Virus record (IMG/VR): IMGVR_UViG_3300033066_001354
Length of the DNA: 64,000 nt
Origin: an uncultured virus (IMG/VR IMGVR_UViG_3300033066_001354)
Lineage: Duplodnaviria > Heunggongvirae > Uroviricota > Caudoviricetes
Reading direction: 5' to 3' (one strand)
The first letter of the stretch is position 1, and every line of letters starts with the position of its first letter. The notes under the pieces were generated by a model that was given only the letters and a program-made list of their open reading frames with translations, did not search any database and had not been told where the DNA came from. The translations under genes and the position numbers were made by a program. Below, in pieces: positions 55,618-64,000 of this stretch.

Positions 55618-58600
55618 TTAAATCACCCAAGAGATTTTGGAGTAAATCTCACCGTCTTTTTCTTCGATTTCAGACTTGGCGACAGTGGCGCACTTGTAGC
55701 AGTAGGAAAGCCCACTAGAAGCTACTTTGTTCACTTCGCGGTCTCCGCACTTAGGACAGATGAAACCGACTGGCAACACCTTTTCCGACTTGCGGTCGAA
55801 AGATTCACCAAGTTGTGCGACACGAATGAGCACGTCTGGGCTTGTCTTCCACGAAGCTGCCATCATCATGGGTGCCGTGCCTCCAGGGCCAGGAGCAGCG
55901 CCACCAGGGGCACCACCGCCAGGAGCAGGGGCTGTAGCAGCACCGAGTCCCATGTCACCGCCCAGGTCTGGCATTGGTTCTTCGGCAGGAGCTTTATCGC
56001 CACCCTTGTCTTTGTCACCGCTTGGTTTGACTTTGGCAGTGTAAGAGTATTCGATGTTGGCTCCGCAAGAGTTGCAGTTTCCTTCACCGTTGGCGACATC
56101 AACGTCTTCACTTCCGCACTGTGGGCACAATGTTCCCCAAGGCTTTTCAGTACCTGGCTCTGACATGTCGTCAACATTGGCGTCTTCTTCTTCTGGATTT
56201 TCTGCGGTCGGTGCTGTGAACGAGGAAATACCAAGTCCGTCAGCCGCACCAGCCAAATCGCCAGCAGGAGGGGCACCAGCAGGAGCACCCATTCCGCCAC
56301 CAGCGCCACCTGGCATTTGCGCGTATCTTTCAAGAAGTTCTTTTCGTTTCGCGATGCGAATGTTCTTGAGCGACTCGCTCATTACGACAGTAGGCTCTTC
56401 AGTGGGCACTGACTCCGGCATTCCTTCTGCACCTTCTACCACTGTTGTCCCGTCCCCCATATTGATTGGACTGTTCGTCGCCTCAGCCGTGAAAGTTTTT
56501 CGGACTGATGAAGTCACAGAAGCGCTCACAGTGTCGCCATTGATGGTCAAGTCTGTGAAAGTGAAAGTCGATGGGTCAACTGTATAACCGTTTGACGCCA
56601 TAATTTCGATGGCTTTGTCTCGGAAAGTCGATTCAAAGTTTTCGTCCTTTGGGTCAAGACCAATGTCGTTGACAGTGCATTCGAGCCTTTTTGTGCTTGT
56701 TCGCTCGTCAGTCACCTGAATGGCGGCTGTCTTGACAGAACTCACAATGACTTTGCCGATGAGTTTTTCGGCAGCGACTGGCTGTGCCACGAGTTTTTTG
56801 GCGGCTGTGACGATGTTGCCACTGGTGTAGTTTCCAGCCTCGGCATAGTCGGCAAGCCATCCAACAACGTTGTCGTAAACGCCTTCTTTGGCAGCATAGC
56901 GGTTGACGCCCCAGAAGTCGTGTCGAGCCCTTACGAGAAGTCGAGACTCTCGCACTGCGGCAGAGCGTGCAAGCTCCATGTCGGACAAAAGTTTGCTTTC
57001 GTCAACATCGGCAAGAGCACTGACAATTTCGTGCGGGTGTGCAGCAAGTTCGTCGGCAGAGTTGGCAAAAGCGAACAATGCCGTTCGCAAATGGTCTTTC
57101 AAGGGTTGTGCCGTTTCTGTCTCGGCCAAAGTAGCCAAAGCAGCGCGGTATTTGTCAGCCTTGCTGACTGTCTTGCGCAACATCGAAGGTTCGATGTTGT
57201 CCTTGTCACCGACCTGAGACTTGACGATACGAGTCACAGACTGTACAGCTTTGCTGACTTCAGAAGTCACAACGTGCAGACACTCTGCAATGTCGGCGGC
57301 GGTCACATTGTCAGCGACTGCCTGTCCCAAAGCGTCCAGTACAGCGGCTTCGGCCGCGATTTCTGTTGAACCGAGCTTCCAGAAGTTTGCTCTTTTTGCT
57401 TCGACTTTTCGAACTTTGTCACCAAGATGGGCAAGTTGAATCAACTCGACAAAATCGTTGCGTTCTGCAAGGAGTTTGGTAGCTTCAACGACTTCTTCAG
57501 GAGTCACTCGTGCGGCAATGACAGCTTTGCCGAGCGCCTGTACAGAAGCAGTGGTGACTAGTCCAGTGTCGCCTGGCCCGTAGTTTGTGCGGACTTGTTC
57601 GAGTTGCTGTTCGATGACATCCACAGGATGACCGCGACGTGCGTCATTGATGAGGTTTTCCATGACATCAATGTCGTTGTTCTGCCGTGCGTAAAGACCA
57701 GCTTTGTCGCCAAGAAGGTTTTCCTTAACGTCGTCGTCGGTTCCAGGTCGCAAGTCTTTCTTGGGCAACTCTCGTTCCTTGATGTCTTGCTCTTCGTTCG
57801 TCCTGTTGTAACGTCCAGCTTTGTCGCCAAGAAGGTTTTCTTTAACGTCGTCGTCTGTTCCGGTGCGAACAGCGTCAAGGGCTTCTTCGCGGGTGATGTC
57901 GTATTCATGTGACGGTTTCCATTCCGCTGTGCGGATGAATTTTTGGAAGTCGCCCAAAAGAGCGGCAGCGACACGAGTGCCGTTGTCAGTCTCGATAGCT
58001 TCTTTGTATTCGTCAGTGAGAATTGGGTCGAACTCAGGAACAAGTTGTCCCTGGTAGTAGGCGTGAATAGTGCCGTCAGCGGAGAGCCGAAGTGAATGTC
58101 CTGCCTTGTCGGAGACTTTTACTTCTTGCTCCATTACCGCTGCCTCTCGTTTGTTACGAGCCTGTTTGAACTGCTTGAAAAAGTCCATAGTTTTATTTCC
58201 TCCGGTCTGGGTGCTTGGTTTTGGTGTGCTCTGTGGCGTTGTTGCCGCAACAGTGCTTGTGCTGTCTACTGAATGCATGTTAACACCCAGTGTTTCGGCA
58301 AGACTCTGGATAGATTCTGCCAATTTAGTCACTGACTTACTGTTGTAAGTCATGGGTTTCACTTCTGTCTCAGTTTTGGTGTCCTTTTGTGTGGACGCTG
58401 TGATTGTCCTACCAGACACCTCTTCTTCGTTGTCGTGAGCCCATACTACGCGGGGGAGATTGCGTTCGGCAAAAATGCCTCCGCCAAATCCCATAGGCAT
58501 TCCCATGAATGCCTGATTTTGTGTTGGTGGTGCGCCACCAGGAGCACCAGCCTCGGGGCCGATAGCTCTGCCAACGGCACCAGGTTGTGAATAATCGCCC

Positions 58601-59889
58601 TGAGCCGCGTTTGGCCCTGGTTGTGGTGCTTGTTGCTGTTGCATAGAGCCTTGGTTCATCGGCGTTTGTCCGTCTCCTCCGGTCTCGACACCATCGTCAA
58701 TCATGTCCTGCATGGTCGATTGTAAATCAGCCATTGACTTTGTGATTTTTCCGACGTGTGCCAAGTCAACATTGTCTTTTCTAGCGAACAAGTTCATGAC
58801 CGCGACTTCAAGGAAGTTCAAGGCCAAATTCAACATGTCGAGAATGTTCAGACCAGCATTGCCCTCTATTCCCAAAAACTTCAAGATGTTTGCGACAGTC
58901 GTGTTGTTGCCAGCACCCTCTCCGGCCAATAGTTGTCCGCCCACCAGGGTTCCAGCAGTCTGGGCAATTTTAATTGTCTGTTTGGTCGTGTCGTATGCTG
59001 TCCTAAGACAATCCTCGTAAGCCCTCCTGACCATCAAGTCTTTTGGTGAAGCAGCACTGGCTACAATAATTGTCGTTCGAACAGAGTCTGCTTTTTTGTC
59101 GAGTGCCGCAGCCTTGTGCAAAATCTCATCAACGTCGTAGATTTCTTCAATCATACAACTGTCAAAAGCACCGTCACCCACAACAGAAAGTTCAATGAAT
59201 TTGATACCGTGGTTTTTCTCGTATACTTTTTTGCCAGTCTTGGGATGTTTCTTGCCTTTGTACTTCTTAAGACAATCGCAATATTCTTTCTCGGTGGTGG
59301 CTTTATTGCCACACTCAGAACACGTTCCTGACTCGACTTGACAACCCATTGAAACGTCGTGCATATATCCGACACGGATACCGCGTGCGATTTCGGGATA
59401 AGCCTCTTCGTCAACGATGAACGTACAATAGACGCATTTTTCTTTGTCGTCCCATTCTGCGTTCACCACCATGCCTTTGGCATGTTCAATGTCGTCGTTC
59501 TTGTGGTTGGTGTAAATTGGTACGCCTTCAAAAGTTTTGTAGGCTGGCATCTTGTTGCCTTTTTGGTCAGTGACCTCGCCCAACAGTTCTTTTTCGCTGA
59601 AGTAGTCGCCGTTTGCGTTCGCTACGTCTGCGTCGATGGCGCGAGCCCTCACCCAGAGCAATTTACCATCGTGAGCCTTCATTGATGCGACGATATCAAA
59701 GTCCTTGTACTTTTCCAGTACATCTTCAGCATCGGCGTAAAGACTTAACAATCCCTCTTTTGCGGCAAATCTTGCCGCGTTGCCTGCGGCCATAGCGAGA
59801 CGGTGTGGCACAGCGCTTTTTCTATCAGCGCTGTTCAGGAAGCTGCTTACCGTGATAAACCCTCCAGACCTACCCTTTTTCTCCATCAT
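55618..59889 (-). CDS. Prohead protease fused to a large multi-domain extension
   Basis: N-terminal N.NGD.F, YKTF.G.P...NH, KG.V, VSMG, FIELSVV..GA (HK97/assemblin-type protease); C-terminal Zn ribbons. Confidence 0.75.
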   Translation of the reverse strand: MMEKKGRSGGFITVSSFLNSADRKSAVPHRLAMAAGNAARFAAKEGLLSLYADAEDVLEKYKDFDIVASMKAHDGKLLWVRARAIDADVANANGDYFSEKELLGEVTDQKGNKMPAYKTFEGVPIYTNHKNDDIEHAKGMVVNAEWDDKEKCVYCTFIVDEEAYPEIARGIRVGYMHDVSMGCQVESGTCSECGNKATTEKEYCDCLKKYKGKKHPKTGKKVYEKNHGIKFIELSVVGDGAFDSCMIEEIYDVDEILHKAAALDKKADSVRTTIIVASAASPKDLMVRRAYEDCLRTAYDTTKQTIKIAQTAGTLVGGQLLAGEGAGNNTTVANILKFLGIEGNAGLNILDMLNLALNFLEVAVMNLFARKDNVDLAHVGKITKSMADLQSTMQDMIDDGVETGGDGQTPMNQGSMQQQQAPQPGPNAAQGDYSQPGAVGRAIGPEAGAPGGAPPTQNQAFMGMPMGFGGGIFAERNLPRVVWAHDNEEEVSGRTITASTQKDTKTETEVKPMTYNSKSVTKLAESIQSLAETLGVNMHSVDSTSTVAATTPQSTPKPSTQTGGNKTMDFFKQFKQARNKREAAVMEQEVKVSDKAGHSLRLSADGTIHAYYQGQLVPEFDPILTDEYKEAIETDNGTRVAAALLGDFQKFIRTAEWKPSHEYDITREEALDAVRTGTDDDVKENLLGDKAGRYNRTNEEQDIKERELPKKDLRPGTDDDVKENLLGDKAGLYARQNNDIDVMENLINDARRGHPVDVIEQQLEQVRTNYGPGDTGLVTTASVQALGKAVIAARVTPEEVVEATKLLAERNDFVELIQLAHLGDKVRKVEAKRANFWKLGSTEIAAEAAVLDALGQAVADNVTAADIAECLHVVTSEVSKAVQSVTRIVKSQVGDKDNIEPSMLRKTVSKADKYRAALATLAETETAQPLKDHLRTALFAFANSADELAAHPHEIVSALADVDESKLLSDMELARSAAVRESRLLVRARHDFWGVNRYAAKEGVYDNVVGWLADYAEAGNYTSGNIVTAAKKLVAQPVAAEKLIGKVIVSSVKTAAIQVTDERTSTKRLECTVNDIGLDPKDENFESTFRDKAIEIMASNGYTVDPSTFTFTDLTINGDTVSASVTSSVRKTFTAEATNSPINMGDGTTVVEGAEGMPESVPTEEPTVVMSESLKNIRIAKRKELLERYAQMPGGAGGGMGAPAGAPPAGDLAGAADGLGISSFTAPTAENPEEEDANVDDMSEPGTEKPWGTLCPQCGSEDVDVANGEGNCNSCGANIEYSYTAKVKPSGDKDKGGDKAPAEEPMPDLGGDMGLGAATAPAPGGGAPGGAAPGPGGTAPMMMAASWKTSPDVLIRVAQLGESFDRKSEKVLPVGFICPKCGDREVNKVASSGLSYCYKCATVAKSEIEEKDGEIYSKISWVI
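57698..57868 (-). repeat. Internal direct repeat (117-nt period) in the protease fusion
   Basis: R[TP]GTDDDVKENLLGDKAG encoded twice by nearly identical DNA. Confidence 0.85.
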
Positions 59890-59948
59890 GATGTTGATTT
59901 TCTCCTCACAACCGCGTCAACTTTTTTGAAAATCGGACAAAAGTGTTG

Positions 59949-59973
59949 TTCTACGTAAAAAGTGTCGTCACCT
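59949..59973 (-). promoter_or_regulatory. Putative late promoter AGG-N19-GAA
   Basis: AGG TGACGACACTTTTTACGTA GAA. Confidence 0.65.
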
Positions 59974-60051
59974 TCATTTTTTCAAAAAAATGAAGGCTTT
60001 TTTAGTCGTGCTTCTTGAATTATTGGTGAACTGTTGTTGACACACCTTGTG

Positions 60052-62442
60052 TCACAGAATTACAGTAGAGCCTATATGGTCTCCGCTTCCCATCAGTCGT
60101 CTTATCATTTGCATGATGACCTTTAAGACTTCTTCGGGATGTTCGTTCAGTTCCGTCTCTGTAAAACGAAGAATAGTCCAACCCTGTGTGGCAAGCAACG
60201 AGTCACGCTTTCTGTCTTTGGCAATCTTTTCAGGATTGCTGTGATAGATTTCACCGTCAGCCTCAAGTCCGAGTTTTAATGCTGGAACAGCCGCGTCAAG
60301 TTGATATTCGAAATGTTGTGTCATTGGCCCAGCCAAATACTGAGCATACCAAGCAAAGGGTAATCCTGCTTGCATCAAAATTTTGTAAAGCTTTTGTTCC
60401 AGCGAGGTGAACCTGTATGTCTGTTTGACATCCTTTTTGGCTGCTGCCGCCCTTGTCATGCCCTCTTTTGCAAGAACGCTGTCCATTTGTGCAATTTCGT
60501 ACATTGCCAAACGGTTCATCGGCACACAAGAGAAACCACCGTCTTTTGGCCCTTCTCCTAGTTGTGAAACAATATCGCTGGGTTCCATGTCAAGCGGCCC
60601 GACATATCCTCTTCCAGTGACTGGTGAAATACTTTCGACATACGCCCTGTGCGCTTCGCTGACAATTTTACGGCTGGCTGTGCGGATTACGCGCTCGTTT
60701 TTACAAGCAGCCAATTGAGCGTCGTACATGTCGCCGCTCATTACCGACGCAAACCTGTAATTGGACTGCCAATCGCTGCTTGCGGCAGGGGCAAGCCCTG
60801 GCATGCCGCCCATATCTGGAGCGCCCATCGGTGCCGTTGGAGAGCCCTGACCTCCAGGAGCCCCGCCAATCGGGCCGCGGAACCCGTTGCCCATTCCGCT
60901 GAAACCAGTGTTCATGTCTGTGTTCATTAAGTCTGGCGACGAAATGAAAGAAGAGCCTTGCTCAAACCTTAGTCGTTCGACTTCTTGGTCATAATCAAGC
61001 CCCAAAGCTTCAATAACAGACTGGTTGGAAACAATTCCTGCTTGATTGGCACCCAACATGGTTTGCAATTTGCCCGTTTCGTCCCTGAGTTGTAAATCGT
61101 CCCATTTGACAGTAGGATAGACATATTCGACCTGTCCTCTTTTACCCTCTGTGGTGAAGCCGTTCCACATGGACACAGCCTTGTAAAGATGCTCTTCCAT
61201 CCAAAAAGCGACTTCTTCTCTAAACCTTTCGAGCCTTTTTGCCATAGTCAGCAAGCCGACCTGGGCATTGCTGTAAGACGGGCCTTCACCATTGATAATG
61301 GCTTTGTTCAACATAAGACCGTCAATAATGTCTTGACTGATTTCTTCGTACTCTTTGGTGAGTTGGAGGACTTTGCCGCTTGCGCCAACATAGTCAAAGT
61401 CAAAAGCATGGTGAGTGACGATGGTAAGAAGGGGGTCGTTGGCAAGAGCGGTAAGCTCGTCCTGCGCCTGCATCAAATCGTCCTCTGTGGCAGGACGGTC
61501 TTTGTCACCAATCTTTACGATTTTGATTGGAATGATGTGTCTTTCTGCCACCAGCCACTGGGCTTGTCTCAATTTGTCTTTGTAAGCCAATGTCTGGAAC
61601 AAACGACGAAGCAACGAAGTGCCGAAAGGTTGCCAAGGCATGCCCCCGCGTTTGAAGTGATAGATACATTCTGGTGAAAAATGAATAGGTTGTCCACTCT
61701 GAATCAACCTTCTCATTTCCGGCTTCATTGAATTGTAAAGTTTTTCTGGACGCTTTTCTTGGACGACTTTTTTCATCATATCGTCTGGCAAGAAGAAGTA
61801 TTCAGGTTCTTGGTCTAACATCGCAGGATGGACTTCGATATGGTCTGGGTTTAGGATTGACAACCCTTTCCAAGAAGCGCCCTCATGTGTACAAGGCTCG
61901 TCAGTGTCAGGATTGATGTTAAGACCGCCGCACAATTCACATTCTAACGACGCTAGTACAAAACAATCTCCTCGAACATGATACTCTTGAGAAATTTGTG
62001 GCAGTTTCTTAGGAAGTTTCAACTTTTTGTTCAACTTCTCAAAATAGTCCTTGACATATGCGTTAGGGCATTCCAGTGTAAACCCGCTTAATGGGAAGTC
62101 TGTGTAAAACTCGATACCAGCGGCTACTTTTGGTTCGTTGTCCACCCACCATTGCGCCCAAAGATAAATCTCCTTTCTGTTGTTAGGTATCTGCCAAGAG
62201 GATGCCGTCAACCACGGGGCGTAAAACGAAGGCGGCCCAAGGCTGGTGTTAGCGCCTCCACCAGAAAATTGTCCCATGCGCCTTCTAACGGTGCCGTCAG
62301 TCAAACCAGTCCTTAAACTTGGCAATTGCGTGCTTGTACTGACTGCTGAATCGACAGTAGGAATTTTTTTGCCCAACGCCTCGTGCGCGGCAGTACGAAT
62401 GGCGTTGTCTAAACTGTCAACCTTTTTATTGTCTCTAGCCAT
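60052..62442 (-). CDS. Portal protein with a C-terminal DUF559/Vsr-like endonuclease domain
   Basis: P.V...I.FY..FP, EY...GD.F, LNPD.I, H.KR, G.S...R; C-terminal E..LY..L, LD.A, EADG..YH, D..RD..L...GW.ILRF. Confidence 0.8.
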   Translation of the reverse strand: MARDNKKVDSLDNAIRTAAHEALGKKIPTVDSAVSTSTQLPSLRTGLTDGTVRRRMGQFSGGGANTSLGPPSFYAPWLTASSWQIPNNRKEIYLWAQWWVDNEPKVAAGIEFYTDFPLSGFTLECPNAYVKDYFEKLNKKLKLPKKLPQISQEYHVRGDCFVLASLECELCGGLNINPDTDEPCTHEGASWKGLSILNPDHIEVHPAMLDQEPEYFFLPDDMMKKVVQEKRPEKLYNSMKPEMRRLIQSGQPIHFSPECIYHFKRGGMPWQPFGTSLLRRLFQTLAYKDKLRQAQWLVAERHIIPIKIVKIGDKDRPATEDDLMQAQDELTALANDPLLTIVTHHAFDFDYVGASGKVLQLTKEYEEISQDIIDGLMLNKAIINGEGPSYSNAQVGLLTMAKRLERFREEVAFWMEEHLYKAVSMWNGFTTEGKRGQVEYVYPTVKWDDLQLRDETGKLQTMLGANQAGIVSNQSVIEALGLDYDQEVERLRFEQGSSFISSPDLMNTDMNTGFSGMGNGFRGPIGGAPGGQGSPTAPMGAPDMGGMPGLAPAASSDWQSNYRFASVMSGDMYDAQLAACKNERVIRTASRKIVSEAHRAYVESISPVTGRGYVGPLDMEPSDIVSQLGEGPKDGGFSCVPMNRLAMYEIAQMDSVLAKEGMTRAAAAKKDVKQTYRFTSLEQKLYKILMQAGLPFAWYAQYLAGPMTQHFEYQLDAAVPALKLGLEADGEIYHSNPEKIAKDRKRDSLLATQGWTILRFTETELNEHPEEVLKVIMQMIRRLMGSGDHIGSTVIL

Positions 62443-62475
62443 GTGTCACCTGAAATAGTAATTTGGGTTATACAA

Positions 62476-62973
62476 CTAAGCCCAGCTTTTATCTGATGGC
62501 AAGTCGTTATAGCCGTTCCAACCTTTTCCAGATGCATGTGCGTATTCGCCCCTGATGCGCTCTTCTCCCCTAGACGGTTCTGTGGAAGACATAGACTGAC
62601 TTTCGTCGTGATTGACGTTTTGTTGTCTTACAGCCTCAAGCTGCTCTTCCATAGTCGTTTCTTCGGGGTTTTGGTGATATGGAGACATTCTTCTTGCTTC
62701 TTCTGCTTCAATGGCAGGCCCGTCGTCAAGAGGGTCGCCGTCAGCAGTGAGCGGAGAATCACCAGGATGAGAGCCCACCGCGTCACTCCTGTTCACCAAA
62801 GTGTCCCAGAGCCTTTTTTCATAATCGTCAGTGGGTTCTTGAACCGGGTTACTTGGCAGTCCTTGTTCTGTCGGTGTAGGGGTGTCAGCATGAGCGGACG
62901 GTTCCTGTTTTCTTAATTCAACAGGACTCAAAACACCTCCGCCAAAACCTTGCTGCGCCGTTTTATACCACAT
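62476..62973 (-). CDS. Acidic head-associated protein with MWYKTAQ leader
   Basis: Start moved to ATG 62973; adjacent to the portal gene. Confidence 0.65.
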   Translation of the reverse strand: MWYKTAQQGFGGGVLSPVELRKQEPSAHADTPTPTEQGLPSNPVQEPTDDYEKRLWDTLVNRSDAVGSHPGDSPLTADGDPLDDGPAIEAEEARRMSPYHQNPEETTMEEQLEAVRQQNVNHDESQSMSSTEPSRGEERIRGEYAHASGKGWNGYNDLPSDKSWA

Positions 62974-62980
62974 GTGCTTC

Positions 62981-63997
62981 TTAGTCTTTGTCTTCACGAG
63001 AACTTTCAAGCCATTCTTCCAACAGCATGTCTAGTTCTTCATCAGTCAGTCCGACATGTTCGTCTTCCAACATCTGTTCCCAAGTCATGTCGTCTTTAAC
63101 CGGGTCGTGCCCAGCAGACAATTGGGTGCCAAAAGTATCTTCCGACTTGGGGTCGATTTTGTCATACCCTTTGGAAGCAGTTTTGGAAAGCGTGTGCGCA
63201 ATACTTTCGTCTTCTTTAGGGTCTCCGTGATGACCCAAGTAAGCTTCTGGAGTATCGTTCAAAGCTTCTTCGCGGCTCTTGTCCCAGTTCTTATCGTCAT
63301 AACGACCCTTGGTGTCTTCGTCGAGACGCTGTTCGTAATTCCTTTCGTTCTTGGTCAAAGGTTTAGAACGCTCACCTTTCGCCAGTGTCAACAGAGATTC
63401 GTCGTTTACTGGGTTGCGGTGCGTTTCAAAACGGTTGCGTGCCGCTTCCATGTTGTCGCGCCTTTGTTCAAAGCCGATATAACCGTTCTTGACTTCCCCG
63501 GTGTTAGGGTCAATTTTGGCGTCTACGCTTTGGTCTCTGAATTTCGAAAGTTCAAGAGTTGTCGGGTGTCCTATCTGATGTTTGCCTTGTGGCAGCATGA
63601 TAAGAGTGCCATTCTGTGTCTCTAGATTGGTATAAGCAGTCCTGACCATTTGCTCTGGCACGTATTGAGAAAAGACTCCTCGAACCCGATACCCAGCAGC
63701 GTCAAAGTGTTGTGCCGTTCCTTGCAAGACGGCATCTTTGGCTTTCATCAATTCAGCCTGCTCTTTACTTGACGCAGTTTTTACATACGTGTCGATTTTT
63801 TTCACGGCCAAAAGTTGATGCTTGGCTCCCAAGCCCGCCGCCGCTGCATTGATGTGTTCAAAAATCTCTTTCAACGCGTTAGCTTTGTTGGCGATGCGAA
63901 TTTGATTGAGCCTGTGGTACATTTCGGACAGCTTTACAAGAGCCTGCTTTCGGTCACTGATGCGCAGAATTTTAATCATTCCGCCGCAACCACCCAT
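62981..63997 (-). CDS. Head-associated protein with multiple [KR]TA sites
   Basis: VKTAS, VRTAY, SKTAS; acidic C-terminus; start uncertain near the window edge. Confidence 0.65.
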   Translation of the reverse strand: MGGCGGMIKILRISDRKQALVKLSEMYHRLNQIRIANKANALKEIFEHINAAAAGLGAKHQLLAVKKIDTYVKTASSKEQAELMKAKDAVLQGTAQHFDAAGYRVRGVFSQYVPEQMVRTAYTNLETQNGTLIMLPQGKHQIGHPTTLELSKFRDQSVDAKIDPNTGEVKNGYIGFEQRRDNMEAARNRFETHRNPVNDESLLTLAKGERSKPLTKNERNYEQRLDEDTKGRYDDKNWDKSREEALNDTPEAYLGHHGDPKEDESIAHTLSKTASKGYDKIDPKSEDTFGTQLSAGHDPVKDDMTWEQMLEDEHVGLTDEELDMLLEEWLESSREDKD

Positions 63998-64000
63998 GTC

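Noticed and set aside
57698..57868. CRISPR-like repeat-spacer pattern
   Set aside because: Only two copies, in frame within a coding sequence; I saw no CRISPR array anywhere in the window.
1..64000. Genome-wide TAG recoding (code 15/16)
   Set aside because: Very long ORFs are intact in code 11, coding density is already high, and several genes end plausibly at TAG.

Overview
64 kb segment of a large (probably jumbo) tailed dsDNA bacteriophage, about 45% GC by eye and densely coding in the standard genetic code. Right end (minus strand) is a head module: portal with a fused C-terminal DUF559/Vsr-like nuclease, a 1423-aa prohead protease fusion, a scaffold-like protein, a decoration protein and a 286-aa major capsid protein, followed by a free-standing LAGLIDADG endonuclease. 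The left and centre hold neck, tail and probable internal virion proteins, a glycosyltransferase cluster and an RNA ligase. An accessory island at ~36-50 kb encodes a PNK-like kinase, a Pth2-like hydrolase, PspA, RusA, a 2H phosphoesterase, a Zn-dependent deacetylase and peptide deformylase. Main discoveries: (1) two different tRNAs, both with the amber-reading anticodon CUA, lie just upstream of an unannotated leader ORF, M-L-[UAG]-...-R-A-P-P-stop. Its stop codon overlaps a 10-bp anti-Shine-Dalgarno hairpin that closes a two-gene operon ending in a peptidyl-tRNA hydrolase, which suggests an amber-readthrough-gated translational switch. (2) An exact AGG-N19-GAA promoter occurs upstream of 10 virion or virion-like genes. 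(3) Shared N-terminal leaders ending in [K/R/V]-x-A sites suggest that enzymes, including an Acb1-like 2H protein, are packaged in the capsid. All functional calls come from motif recognition by eye; no searches were run.
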